From Azospirillum sp. CAG:239 (GTDB lineage: Bacteria > Bacillota_I > Bacilli_A > RFN20 > CAG-449), in NCBI GenBank assembly GCA_963653535.1, contig CAVJWU010000001.1, forward strand, positions 45,030 through 109,029: DNA of 64,000 nucleotides. The letters are read 5' to 3'. Numbering within the stretch: the first letter of the stretch is position 1; each line of letters begins with the position of its first letter. The notes below the pieces were generated by a model. The model saw only the letters and a list, made by a program, of their open reading frames with translations, ran no database searches and had not been told where the DNA came from. The position numbers and the translations under genes are program-made. Shown here piece after piece: positions 37,410-47,803 of this stretch.

Positions 37410-37826
37410 ATGGAAAATAAAAAATTATTAAAAATTGTTAGCATTATTTTATTTGTTATCGGTGCTTTAAACCTTGCACTTGGTATTTCTTATTTAGTAA
37501 GAACTATCGGCGGTTGGTTACCAGTACCAGAAGGTCAAACTAAAGAAGTAGTCACTGTTGCAGGTTATCTTGCTTTTGCTTTCTCACTAGTTAATGCTTT
37601 CTTAGGTTGTTATTTAGGTGTTAAAGGTGTTCAAAAAGCTAACGGCAAACAAATTAGCAAAGTCCCTTATGTTCTTGGTATTATCCTTTTAGTATTACAA
37701 ATCATTGGTGTAGTATCTAATTGCGTTAGCCTCATTTCAGCTTTCACACTCACTACTTTATTTGATTTATTAATTTCAGTAGTTGAAGCTTGTGGCTTAG
37801 TTGTTTACGTTAAAGGAACTAAATAG
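37410..37826 (+). CDS. Small membrane protein with 4 transmembrane helices, hypothetical
   Basis: AGGAG RBS. Hydrophobic throughout. Confidence 0.4.
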   Translation: MENKKLLKIVSIILFVIGALNLALGISYLVRTIGGWLPVPEGQTKEVVTVAGYLAFAFSLVNAFLGCYLGVKGVQKANGKQISKVPYVLGIILLVLQIIGVVSNCVSLISAFTLTTLFDLLISVVEACGLVVYVKGTK

Positions 37827-37832
37827 TTTATT

Positions 37833-37858
37833 ATCTCCCGAAAGGGAGATTTTTATTT
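37833..37858 (+). terminator. Rho-independent terminator
   Basis: atctccc-GAAA-gggagat followed by TTTTATTT. Confidence 0.6.
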
Positions 37859-37924
37859 GCAAAATATAGATAATTTTATTTACATTGTGGTAGTATAATC
37901 AATGTAAAAAAGAAGGTATATTTT

Positions 37925-39073
37925 ATGCAAGAAAAAGTCGAAAATAGAGATAATAAAATATTAGATTTTCTCATTAAAACATTAAACGGGATGGCTTATG
38001 GATTATTCGCAACCTTAATTATCGGTACTATAATTGGTACGATTGGTCAATTATTTTCTTTAGGTGATAATTCATTTTGTTCTTTTATGTTTAATATCCT
38101 AGGAAGTGGAAAAACAGGCGTATCGTACGTTTTACAAATTCTTCTAGGAGCAGGAATTGGTGTTGGAGTAGCTTTATCGTTAAATTTAAAGCCATTAAAT
38201 ACAATCGTTCTTGCCGCAAGTGGAGAACTTGCAGCTTATTTTTCTTTATCAACTAAGTTTGTAACTAATGGAACTTATTCCGATGCTTTAAAAGTTGGTG
38301 ATCCATTAACAATTTATTTAGTTTGTATCGCGGTTAGTTTAGCGATGAAATATGTCTTAAGAAAGAAAACACCTGTTGATGTATTATTAATTCCTTTATT
38401 TGGTATTACTGTTTCATTAGTGGCTTCATTATTAATTAGATATCCAGCGATTTATGTTACCTATGGAATGCAATGGCTTGTTAATTCTGGTACTAATACT
38501 GTTCCTTTAGTGATGGGGGTAATTGTTTCTGTCTTAATGGGTATGGCCTTAACTGCACCTATTTCTAGTGCGGCCATCGCGGCGATGATTTTTATTCTTC
38601 CAGATGGAATGAGTATCGCAGAAGCTATTAGTAATCCTACTTATTCTGGATTAGTTATCGCAAGTGGAGCGGCAATTGTTGGTTGTTCTACCCAGATGGT
38701 TGGTTTTGCAATTCAATCTAGAAAAGATAATGGTATTGGCATGGTAATTTCAATTGGTATTGGTACATCGATGTTACAATTTAAAAATATTCTTAAAAAA
38801 CCAATTGTTTGGTTACCAACTATTATTGCTAGCGCGATTATCGGACCTTTGTCAACATGCGTATTTAAAATCGTCTGTATGGGTTCTAGCGCAGGGATGG
38901 GAACTGCAGGTCTAGTTGGTCAAATTGGCACTTTCTCATCTATGGGAAATACTTGGCAAACTTGGGTAGGAATATTTGGTTTACAAATTGTTCTACCAGC
39001 TATTTTAGTATTTATTATCGATTTAATCTTTAGAAAATTTAATCTAATTAAAGATGGAGATTTAAAGGTTTAA
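37925..39073 (+). CDS. Polytopic membrane protein, PTS EIIC-like (PTS_EIIC_2 type) putative permease
   Basis: N-terminal FLIKTLNGMAYGLFATLIIGTIIG and Gly-rich transmembrane helices. The family assignment rests on memory of the N-terminal motif only. Confidence 0.35.
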   Translation: MQEKVENRDNKILDFLIKTLNGMAYGLFATLIIGTIIGTIGQLFSLGDNSFCSFMFNILGSGKTGVSYVLQILLGAGIGVGVALSLNLKPLNTIVLAASGELAAYFSLSTKFVTNGTYSDALKVGDPLTIYLVCIAVSLAMKYVLRKKTPVDVLLIPLFGITVSLVASLLIRYPAIYVTYGMQWLVNSGTNTVPLVMGVIVSVLMGMALTAPISSAAIAAMIFILPDGMSIAEAISNPTYSGLVIASGAAIVGCSTQMVGFAIQSRKDNGIGMVISIGIGTSMLQFKNILKKPIVWLPTIIASAIIGPLSTCVFKIVCMGSSAGMGTAGLVGQIGTFSSMGNTWQTWVGIFGLQIVLPAILVFIIDLIFRKFNLIKDGDLKV

Positions 39074-39083
39074 TTTGTATTTA

Positions 39084-39127
39084 CCTCTTAAGAAAACGAG
39101 CAATCGGAAAGTCTTGAGGGGTTTTTA
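39084..39127 (+). terminator. Rho-independent terminator with a large loop
   Basis: cctcttaaga ... tcttgagggg stem (10 bp, two G·U pairs) followed by TTTTT. Confidence 0.4.
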
Positions 39128-39397
39128 TTATGAAATTAATGTAAAAAATTATATTTAACTTTGTACACTTAGATTTATCACTCAAGATAAAATTAGAACT
39201 ATGGATGAGGTAAAATTAATAAAATATATTATATTTATAATCAATTATTAAATTTTTCGAGAAAATCGTAACAATCACTTTTTTCACTAAAACAGGACTA
39301 TTTTAACGTAAATATAAACTTTCGAAAAAAATGCCTATTTTAAAATTTATCTAAATGGTTTATAATTTAATCTAGATTTAAGAAAGGATGATAGACG

Positions 39398-40624
39398 ATG
39401 GAAAAAGGAAGTTTATTAGTCATACAATCTGGAGGACCAACTCAAAGCATGAATGCTTCATTAGTTGGTGCGATTACAAAAGGTAGAGAAAAATATGATC
39501 ATGTTTACGGAGCAATCTATGGTATCGATGGTCTTTTAAAAGATCAACTTGTTTCTTTTGATGAAACTAGTGATCATGAACTTGAAGTAATTAAATATAC
39601 AAATGGTTCATATTTAGGAAGTAGCAAACATAGATTAAATGAAAGATTCTTAAATAGTCATTTTAATCTAGAACCTGATTATTGCGCAATTTTAAATACA
39701 GTAAAAAAATATGATATTAGAGGCATAGTTATTATCGGCGGTAATTATTCAATGGATGGAGTTGAAAAATTATCGAATTTCTTCACTTCGATTAATTACC
39801 CTTGTCACATTATCGGTGCGCCTAAAACTCTTGATAATGACTTAAAAGAATGTGATCATACACCAGGCTATGGTAGTTCAATTAAACTTATTGCTTCAGT
39901 CTGTGAAGAATTATGTTTAGATAATGCAACTTATGAATCAGGTAGAGTTGTTATTGTTGAAGTTACTGGTGGAGATACTGGTTGGTTAACAGCAGGAAGT
40001 AAACTTGCTACATTAAATGGTTTAGGACCTGATTTAATTTATTTACCTGAACAAGTATTCATCATGAGAAACTTCTTAGATGACGTTAAGAAGGTTATGG
40101 ATGAAAAGAAGAGATGTTTAGTATTTGTTTCTGAAGGTGTAAGAGGACCTAATGGAGCTTATATTGAAAGATCGTATTCATATAATTATTTAAACGATAT
40201 TGAAGGACATCACCAATTAGGTGGAGTTAATACTATTTTAGCCCAAGTTGTTAATGAAACATTTGGTTATCCAGTTAGACCTATTAGATTTAACGCGATT
40301 CAAAGAACTGCCGCGCATTATGTTAGTAAAGTAGATATTGATGAAGCGTTTGAAAGTGCTTCTTTTGCAGTAGAAGCGACTTTAAATGAAACTAGTAAAG
40401 TTGTTTCACTTAAAAGAAGAATTCAACAAGAATATGATGTTTATTACGTACTTACAGATGTAAAAGAAGTTGTTGATAAAACAAAATATTTCCCAGTTGA
40501 ATGGATTAAAGATGGTAAAGACGTTTCTGATGAATTTATTAAATATGCTTTACCTTTAATTCAAGGTGAATATATTCCTCTCCTTAAAAATGGATTACCA
40601 GAACTTGCTTATTTAAAGAAATAA
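39398..40624 (+). CDS. Phosphofructokinase of the PFK family (possibly PPi-dependent)
   Basis: SLLVIQSGGPTQSMNASLVG...IIGGNYSMDG...TGGDTGWLTAG. Length 408 aa. Confidence 0.7.
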   Translation: MEKGSLLVIQSGGPTQSMNASLVGAITKGREKYDHVYGAIYGIDGLLKDQLVSFDETSDHELEVIKYTNGSYLGSSKHRLNERFLNSHFNLEPDYCAILNTVKKYDIRGIVIIGGNYSMDGVEKLSNFFTSINYPCHIIGAPKTLDNDLKECDHTPGYGSSIKLIASVCEELCLDNATYESGRVVIVEVTGGDTGWLTAGSKLATLNGLGPDLIYLPEQVFIMRNFLDDVKKVMDEKKRCLVFVSEGVRGPNGAYIERSYSYNYLNDIEGHHQLGGVNTILAQVVNETFGYPVRPIRFNAIQRTAAHYVSKVDIDEAFESASFAVEATLNETSKVVSLKRRIQQEYDVYYVLTDVKEVVDKTKYFPVEWIKDGKDVSDEFIKYALPLIQGEYIPLLKNGLPELAYLKK

Positions 40625-40628
40625 AAGT

Positions 40629-40660
40629 TAGATCATACATTTTGTATGGTCTTTTTATTT
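40629..40660 (+). terminator. Rho-independent terminator
   Basis: gatcatac-atttt-gtatggtc followed by TTTTTATTTTTATT. Confidence 0.5.
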
Positions 40661-40703
40661 TTATTGCGATATAATACCATTCGTACAAGAAAGGTTATAT
40701 TTT

Positions 40704-41270
40704 ATGGCATCAAATTCAAAAAAAATTAATTCAAAAGTTATCTTTTTGATTGCAGGATTATTATTACTCATCAAATTTTTAGTTTCTGGCGGTGTTCCTT
40801 CTCCTAGTGGAGATGTTTCTAAATTCATCGTTAGCATCTTTACTTTAATCGCTTTAGTCGGTTTTTATGTTTATTTTGCATTTGTTCAAAAAGAACATAA
40901 AGGAACAATCGTTTCATTAGCTCCAGCAGTATTACTTTATATTTTATATGGTAGTTATTCATTTAATTATAATGTCGATTGGATTAATGCAATTTTAAAT
41001 CCTACTACTAGCATGTGTTATATTTTAATGGTCCTCTGCGGATTTATCTATTTATTCATTCACAATAAACTAATTGGTTTAGTTTTAACTAGTGCTTCAT
41101 TAGTTTATGGAACATTAATATTTGTTAGTTATGTTGTTATGATGATTGTATCCCTCGTTAATGGTAATGGTTTTAATGTCACTAATATGTTTAATGCGCT
41201 TTTATTAACTTGCAGTTATTTACTAGTTAGTTATGGTTCATATAGAACTAGTATTCATAAGGAATGGTAA
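40704..41270 (+). CDS. Membrane protein with 5-6 transmembrane helices, hypothetical
   Basis: Hydrophobic ORF. Ends 4 nt before the start of the next gene. Confidence 0.4.
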   Translation: MASNSKKINSKVIFLIAGLLLLIKFLVSGGVPSPSGDVSKFIVSIFTLIALVGFYVYFAFVQKEHKGTIVSLAPAVLLYILYGSYSFNYNVDWINAILNPTTSMCYILMVLCGFIYLFIHNKLIGLVLTSASLVYGTLIFVSYVVMMIVSLVNGNGFNVTNMFNALLLTCSYLLVSYGSYRTSIHKEW

Positions 41271-41274
41271 TTAG

Positions 41275-42657
41275 ATGAAATTTAGTTTAATTAAAGAAAA
41301 GGTCAATCATTTCCTCTATGGAGATTATTATCTATATATTCTAAGTGCAATCGCGTATATATCGTGGGCATTAACTCATTTTACTTCTTTGCCATTTTAT
41401 TATTTAGGCTATTCTGCTCTTATTGTATTTTTATTAATTTCCTTTATATTCGCAGAAGATATCTATCCATTTACTCCTTTAATTATGTTTGGAATGATAG
41501 TTCTAGAATGTAAAAGCGGTAACTTTGATCAAGATTCTTTACCGATGGCACTTTATGTTACAACTTTAATTTATATCGTCTTAATGGTGATCTTTGTTAT
41601 TAAAAATAAGACGAATATCTTTAAAGCTAAATTAAGAAATTCTTTCTTCTTTATGGGGATAGTTTGTATTCCAGTCTTATTTATTAATGTAAATACAACT
41701 ATTGGTTTTACTGGTTATTTATTACCTTTCTTATTAATGGGATATGCGTTATTATATGCGATATTTGTTACAGGACATAAAGTAAATCACGATATTAAAA
41801 GACATGCATTAATGATTCTTATTTTAATCGGCGTGGTTACAACGTTAGATATGTTAACATTATTAATTGAATCACAAGTTAGAGATGTTGATTATATGAC
41901 TTGGGGATCAGGCGGATGGACTAATCGAAATATCGCGGTAGTAAGCGTCAATTTCGCAATTGGGGCATTATTCTATTTTATAAGTAAGCAACATTCATTA
42001 AAAAATATCGTTTTATTAGTTGCTTCTGTTGGTTTCTTATCATTTGGTGTGGCCTTAAGTTGTTCTCGTGGAGGAGGATTAACTTATTTAATCATTCTTT
42101 TCTTATCAGTAATTTATACTACTTTTGTTATTGATAAGAAATATCGTACTTCTTATTTAATGAGTATGTTTATTATGGTAGTTATACTTTTTGTTATCGC
42201 AGCGACTTGTAAAGATGTCACTAATGCATTTATTCATAAGTTTGTTGTAAATAGAAATGATATTTCTTCTAACCGTTTTGCAATGTGGAAAGAAGGACTC
42301 GAAAAATGGTTAAAATCACCTTTTATTGGTGAAGGAATTATTACTACTTATAGTTATATTAATGGCCAAGGTATATCAATTTATATGTATCATAACGGAC
42401 CTATTCAAATGTTATGTTCAGGTGGTATTATTGGAGCAATTTGCTATTTATATAATAATGGAGAAACAGTTTATTTAATGCTTAAAAATAGACGTTCACC
42501 TTATTCAATGTACGCCCTAATTATCTTTATTGGTATGTTTGTTCATTCATTAACAGATAATTTATATATTGCTCCTACATATATGTTTTCATTATTTATC
42601 ATTTTAATGGGACTTGAAAATTCTTCGGACATAAAAAAATTAGACTCTATTAACTAG
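41275..42657 (+). CDS. Polytopic membrane protein, O-antigen-ligase/Wzy-like
   Basis: About 12 transmembrane helices. ALSCSRGGGLTYLIILFL resembles the Wzy_C loop and helix. Confidence 0.35.
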   Translation: MKFSLIKEKVNHFLYGDYYLYILSAIAYISWALTHFTSLPFYYLGYSALIVFLLISFIFAEDIYPFTPLIMFGMIVLECKSGNFDQDSLPMALYVTTLIYIVLMVIFVIKNKTNIFKAKLRNSFFFMGIVCIPVLFINVNTTIGFTGYLLPFLLMGYALLYAIFVTGHKVNHDIKRHALMILILIGVVTTLDMLTLLIESQVRDVDYMTWGSGGWTNRNIAVVSVNFAIGALFYFISKQHSLKNIVLLVASVGFLSFGVALSCSRGGGLTYLIILFLSVIYTTFVIDKKYRTSYLMSMFIMVVILFVIAATCKDVTNAFIHKFVVNRNDISSNRFAMWKEGLEKWLKSPFIGEGIITTYSYINGQGISIYMYHNGPIQMLCSGGIIGAICYLYNNGETVYLMLKNRRSPYSMYALIIFIGMFVHSLTDNLYIAPTYMFSLFIILMGLENSSDIKKLDSIN

Positions 42658-42674
42658 GGTCTAATTTTTTTTCT

Positions 42675-44744
42675 TTATCGATCTACATCAAAGAATAAAT
42701 CTTTATAAGTAGGATATGTGAAATTAGCTTTAGAGATATCTTTTTCAATGGTATCGTAAGAAGCTCTTAATTCTTCCATTAATGGACAAACTTTATGAAG
42801 GAGGATTTCGCCTTTCTTTTTAAAATCATCTTCAAGATTTACCTTAACTAATAATTCTTCAATGTCATGGATAAGAACTTTTGATTTCTTAATATAACTT
42901 GATAAATAAACAATTAAGTCATCATCATCTTCTAAAGCAGTCGCCTTTAAGTCTCTAATTTCTTTTCTTACGACTGGATTAGCTTCAGAACGAACCATAT
43001 CAATTAAAGCTTTTGCTTCAATGACTTTCTTTTTAGCATAATCTTCATAGAAAACTTCTCCTCTAGAAAGAATTTCTTCTTTAGAAAGGACGTCGTTTCT
43101 TGTAAATAAAGCAATTGTATCTTCAGAGGTATAATGTTCGATTGCTTCATAGAAAGTTCTTATGTTTGGTAAGCCACGAGACTGAGCTTCTTTTACCCAA
43201 TTTTCTGAATAACCATCGCCAGAGAAGAGGATCTTTTTATGTTTAGAAACTAATTCAGCACAAATTTCTAATGCACCTTTTCTAATATCTTGACGGTATT
43301 TTAAATTGTCGAGTTTTTCAGCAATTTCTCTTAATTCATCAGCGATAATAGTATTTATAGTAATATTTAAATTAGCAGCGTTCATACTTGAACCTAACAT
43401 TCTAAATTCAAATTTATTGCCGGTAAAAGCAACTGGAGAAGTTCTGTTACGATCAGAATTATCGTGTGGTAAATAACTTAATGAAGAGATACCAAAATCT
43501 TTTAATTTATTTTTCTTAAAATCAGTTGGTGCATCGTTAGTAATAGAATTTAATACTTCTTCTACAACATCACCTAGATAAATAGAAACGATAGCTGGAG
43601 GAGCTTCGTTAGCGCCTAATCGATAATCGTTTCCTGGATTAGAAGCACATAATCTAATAAGTTCAGGATGTTTATCTACTCCAGCGATAATTGCAGAAAC
43701 GAAAGTTAAGAATTGAATATTTTCATGTGGGTTTTTACCTGGATCTAATAAGTTAGTTCCTGTATCAGTAATTAATGAATAGTTATTATGTTTACCTGAT
43801 CCATTAACACCTTTATATGGTTTTTCAGCAAGTAAACATACAAAGTCATGTTTTAAAGCAACACGAGTAAGAACATCCATAATTATGTTATTTTGATCGA
43901 TTGCGATATTTGAGTTAGCGAAAATGCAAGCTAATTCGAATTGACCAGGAGCTACTTCGTTATGTTCTGATTTAGCATAAATTCCAAGTTCCCATAATTC
44001 TTTATTAACATCATCCATGAAGGCTTTAACACGAGTTGGAATTAAACCTAAATAGTGATCTTCAAGTTCTTGACCTTTAGGAGGTAAAGAACCGATTAAG
44101 GTTGTGCCGGTTAAAACTAGATCAGAACGTTTCATAAAGTCGTGACGATCGACTAAGAAATATTCTTGTTCTAATCCAACTGAAGGATAAACTGATGTAC
44201 AATCTTTATCACCAAATAAATTGACGATTTTAGTTGCTTCTTTACTAACAGCATCCATTGATTTTAATAATGGTTCTTTCATATCGAGAGATTCACCATT
44301 ATAAGAAACGAAAATGGTTGGAATACATAAAATATTATCTTTAATAAATGCTGGAGAAGTACAATCCCAATATGTATAACCACGAGCTTCAAATGTCGCT
44401 CTTAAGCCTCCGGAAGGGAAGGAAGAAGCATCTGGTTCCCCTTTAATTAAATTTTTACCAGAAAACTTCATGATTGGTTGGCCTTCTTTCATATCGATGA
44501 AGGCATCGTGCTTTTCAGCAGTAGTTCCAGTAAGAGGTTGGAACCAGTGAGTAAAATGAGTACAACCTTTTTCAATTGCCCATTCTTTCATGGCGTGCGC
44601 GATTGCATCGGCTGTGACTCTATCTAATGCGTCAGTTTTGTTTTTTGTTTTTTCCCATTTTGAAAAGACTGGTGAAGGTAATTTGACTTTCATGACTTGT
44701 TCGTCAAACAACTTATCACCAAATGTAATATCATTTATTTTCAT
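42675..44744 (-). CDS. glnN: Glutamine synthetase type III
   Basis: 689 aa. The N-terminus is DITFGDKLFDEQVMK...FTHWFQPLTGTTAEKHDAF, and the N-terminal and catalytic domains have the typical type III arrangement. Confidence 0.85.
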   Translation of the reverse strand: MKINDITFGDKLFDEQVMKVKLPSPVFSKWEKTKNKTDALDRVTADAIAHAMKEWAIEKGCTHFTHWFQPLTGTTAEKHDAFIDMKEGQPIMKFSGKNLIKGEPDASSFPSGGLRATFEARGYTYWDCTSPAFIKDNILCIPTIFVSYNGESLDMKEPLLKSMDAVSKEATKIVNLFGDKDCTSVYPSVGLEQEYFLVDRHDFMKRSDLVLTGTTLIGSLPPKGQELEDHYLGLIPTRVKAFMDDVNKELWELGIYAKSEHNEVAPGQFELACIFANSNIAIDQNNIIMDVLTRVALKHDFVCLLAEKPYKGVNGSGKHNNYSLITDTGTNLLDPGKNPHENIQFLTFVSAIIAGVDKHPELIRLCASNPGNDYRLGANEAPPAIVSIYLGDVVEEVLNSITNDAPTDFKKNKLKDFGISSLSYLPHDNSDRNRTSPVAFTGNKFEFRMLGSSMNAANLNITINTIIADELREIAEKLDNLKYRQDIRKGALEICAELVSKHKKILFSGDGYSENWVKEAQSRGLPNIRTFYEAIEHYTSEDTIALFTRNDVLSKEEILSRGEVFYEDYAKKKVIEAKALIDMVRSEANPVVRKEIRDLKATALEDDDDLIVYLSSYIKKSKVLIHDIEELLVKVNLEDDFKKKGEILLHKVCPLMEELRASYDTIEKDISKANFTYPTYKDLFFDVDR

Positions 44745-44980
44745 AACTTGTCCCCCTGAATTACGATAGAAATATATAAGATAAAGAGAATAAAATCAAT
44801 AAAAATATCTAAACTTTGAATTTTTTTGCGTATTACATAAATAAAAATCAAATATTTCTTTAAAAAGCTGAATTTTAATCGAATGAATATATAAGCGCTT
44901 TAAATATTTTATATAAGCGAAATAATAGAATCTTGCTTTTGTTTATGTTATATTAAGAACAATTGATATTGAGGTGCAAT

Positions 44981-46336
44981 ATGAAGATTGTCATTATTGG
45001 AATTGGTAAATTAGGAAAACTCTTAACAAAAAACTTTTCTTTAGATAAACATGATATTACGGTTATTGATCGTCATCAAGAAATCGTTGAAGATATCGTC
45101 AATGAATTTGATGTCATGGGCTATACTGGTAATGGAGCGAGCTTAAATGCGTTAACAGAAGCTCATTGCGCCAACGCTGATTTATTAATAGCTTGTACAT
45201 CCGATGATGAATTGAATATTCTTAGCTGTGTCGTAGCTAAGAAAATCGGTATTAAACAAACAATTGCGCGAGTAAGAAATCCTGAATATACTTCGCAAGT
45301 TTCTACGATGTCGCAAGAATTAAATATTTCTTTTACAGTTAATCCTGAACTAGATGCTGCGAGTGAAATTAGTCGAATCTTACGTTTCCCTAGTGCGATT
45401 AAGATGGAAACTTTTGCAAATAATAAAGTTGATCTAGCAGAGATAAAAATTGAACCTTCATCTCATTTAGTAAATAAATCATTAAAAGATATAAGAGAAA
45501 AATATCCTTTTAGCGTGCTTGTCTGCGCGGTAAAAAGAGATGATAAGGTTTATATTCCTAAAGGTAATTTCGTTTTAAGAGAAAATGATAATATCTATTT
45601 AATGGCGGATTCAAATGAAATTGTTAATATTTTTAAAAGATTAAATATCTATAAACAAAAACTTAAAACAACAATGCTTATCGGTGGTAGTAAGATTTCT
45701 TATTATCTCGCTAAAGATTTAATTGCTTCTGGAATTGATGTCAAGATTATCGAACGTAATGAAGATAAATGCGAAGAACTTGCTTCTTTATTACCTCAAG
45801 CGACCATCATTAATAGTGATGCGACTAATCACGAAGTTCTTCTCGAAGAAGGATTACAAACGGTTGATTCAGTTGTTACATTAACTGGAATGGATGAAAC
45901 GAATATTATTGTTTCAACTTATTGTAAACAACAAAATGTCGATAAAATTATTACCAAAGTAAATAATGAAAATTATAGTAGTATCGTTGGAGCGATGGGA
46001 CTAGAAAGTGTTATTTCACCTCGTGAAATTTCTTGTGATATGATCACTCGTTATGTTAGAGGTATGGAAACAGGCCATGGTTCAGAATTTAAAACGCTTT
46101 ATCGTCTTGTTAATAACCAAATTGAAGCATTAGAATTTTATATACCTCGTGAAACTTCATATACTGGTATTCCTTTAAAAGATTTAAGACTTAAACCTAA
46201 TGTATTACTTGCATGCATTATTCGTGAAGATAATGTCATTATTCCAAGTGGTAAAGATTTTATTATGCCAAATGATTCAGTAATTATTTTTGCGACTTAC
46301 TCAAATATTAAAGATGTGGAGGATATTATTGCCTAA
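44981..46336 (+). CDS. trkA: Trk potassium-uptake NAD-binding subunit
   Basis: MKIVIIGIGKLG Rossmann motif, a second copy MLIGGSKISYYLAKDL, and two RCK_C domains. Start taken as the ATG at 44981 with a GAGGTG RBS. The ORF track's start at 44963 is a TTG. Confidence 0.8.
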   Translation: MKIVIIGIGKLGKLLTKNFSLDKHDITVIDRHQEIVEDIVNEFDVMGYTGNGASLNALTEAHCANADLLIACTSDDELNILSCVVAKKIGIKQTIARVRNPEYTSQVSTMSQELNISFTVNPELDAASEISRILRFPSAIKMETFANNKVDLAEIKIEPSSHLVNKSLKDIREKYPFSVLVCAVKRDDKVYIPKGNFVLRENDNIYLMADSNEIVNIFKRLNIYKQKLKTTMLIGGSKISYYLAKDLIASGIDVKIIERNEDKCEELASLLPQATIINSDATNHEVLLEEGLQTVDSVVTLTGMDETNIIVSTYCKQQNVDKIITKVNNENYSSIVGAMGLESVISPREISCDMITRYVRGMETGHGSEFKTLYRLVNNQIEALEFYIPRETSYTGIPLKDLRLKPNVLLACIIREDNVIIPSGKDFIMPNDSVIIFATYSNIKDVEDIIA

Positions 46337-47790
46337 TGAACTACCGCATGATTTTTAATATTATTGGTAATATTTTAAAAGTTATAGGTATTATGCTTTT
46401 AGTACCAGTAATTATCGCTTTAATATATCAAGAGAGTTTAAGAAATATTTTGTCCTTTGGTTTAACTGCGCTCGGCAGTTTTGCGATTGGATTCTTACTC
46501 AGCTTTAAAAAACCTAAAAATTTAAACTTCTACGCGAAAGAAGGACTAGTTATTGTCGGATTATCTTGGTTTATCATTTCTTTAGTAGGATGTTTACCTT
46601 TAATTATTAATGGCGATATTCCTAACTTTTTTGATGCCTTTTTTGAAGTTGTTTCCGGTTTTACTACAACAGGAGCGACAGTTCTTAGCGATATTGATTC
46701 TCTAGCTAAATCAAGTATCTTCTATCGTTCCTTTACCCATTGGTTAGGAGGTATGGGAGTATTAGTTTTCGTCTTAGCTTTCTTACCAAGTAACGCACAA
46801 AATATCCATCTGTTAAGAGCGGAATCTCCTGGTCCACAAGTTGGAAAACTTGTTTCAAAAATTAAATTAACTGCGACAATTTTATATATTATATATGCAG
46901 TTTTAACTTTAATTGAAGTTATTTTCCTTCTCTGCGGAGGTATGCCCCTATTTGATAGCATCGTCAATTCTTTAGCGACAGCTGGTACTGGTGGATTTAG
47001 CATGAACAATGCCGGAATTGGAGGATATTCTGTTTATTCACAAGTAGTTATCGCCGTATTTATGTTAATCTTTGGGGTTAACTTTAATTTATATTATTTT
47101 GCTTTGATCGGTCACGTTAAACAAGCCCTTAAATCGGAAGAATTAAGATGGTATTTAATTATTGTCTTTTTAGCGACTAGTTTAATTACGCTTGATTTAA
47201 CTTTATACAACAATTTAAGCGTAAATCTTGGCTTTATGACTAACTTAAAAAATGCTTTCTTCCAAGTTACTTCGATTATAACTACTACAGGATTTTCAAC
47301 GGTTGACTTTAATTATTGGCCAATATTCTCTCAAACAATTTTATTAATATTAATCTTTATTGGAGGTTGTGCAGGTTCAACTGCTGGTGGTATTAAAGTA
47401 TCACGTTTTGTTATTTTTATTAAAACAATTAACCAAAATATAAAAAAGATGATTCATCCTCATTCAGTTTCAACTATTACTTTTGAAGGACAAAAGGTTG
47501 AAAAAGGGGTTCAAGACGGAGTAAGTGCTTATTTTGGAACAATCTTTATCCTATTTTTATTATCAACAATTTTAATTAGTATTGATGGTTACGATATAAC
47601 GACAAACATCAGCGCAGTTGCAACATGTATTAATAACGTTGGTCCGGGCTTAAATGTCGTTGGACCTACTGGTAACTTTGGAGGATTTTCTTCATTTAGT
47701 AAAATGGTGTTAATATTCGATATGATTATCGGTCGACTTGAAATTTATCCTGTACTTGTCTTATTCCATATAAGTACGTGGAAAAAATAA
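46336..47790 (+). CDS. trkH: Trk/Ktr potassium transporter membrane subunit
   Basis: 484 aa. Repeated selectivity-filter-like segments FEVVSGFTTTGATV and VTSIITTTGFSTV. Overlaps trkA as ATGA. Confidence 0.8.
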   Translation: MNYRMIFNIIGNILKVIGIMLLVPVIIALIYQESLRNILSFGLTALGSFAIGFLLSFKKPKNLNFYAKEGLVIVGLSWFIISLVGCLPLIINGDIPNFFDAFFEVVSGFTTTGATVLSDIDSLAKSSIFYRSFTHWLGGMGVLVFVLAFLPSNAQNIHLLRAESPGPQVGKLVSKIKLTATILYIIYAVLTLIEVIFLLCGGMPLFDSIVNSLATAGTGGFSMNNAGIGGYSVYSQVVIAVFMLIFGVNFNLYYFALIGHVKQALKSEELRWYLIIVFLATSLITLDLTLYNNLSVNLGFMTNLKNAFFQVTSIITTTGFSTVDFNYWPIFSQTILLILIFIGGCAGSTAGGIKVSRFVIFIKTINQNIKKMIHPHSVSTITFEGQKVEKGVQDGVSAYFGTIFILFLLSTILISIDGYDITTNISAVATCINNVGPGLNVVGPTGNFGGFSSFSKMVLIFDMIIGRLEIYPVLVLFHISTWKK

Positions 47791-47803
47791 TTGGGGGAAG
47801 AAT

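Noticed and set aside
39128-39397. Long (270 bp) AT-rich intergenic region before pfk, scanned for tRNA or small RNA genes
   Set aside because: It has no GC-rich stems or tRNA-like structure and no clear promoter-terminator pair. It is probably just a promoter and UP-element region.
44920-44960. TGTTATATTAAGAACA upstream of trkA, considered as a TnrA/GlnR box (TGTNAN7TNACA) near glnN
   Set aside because: The spacing is one nt short, at 16 rather than 17. It also lies on the trkA side, not the glnN side.
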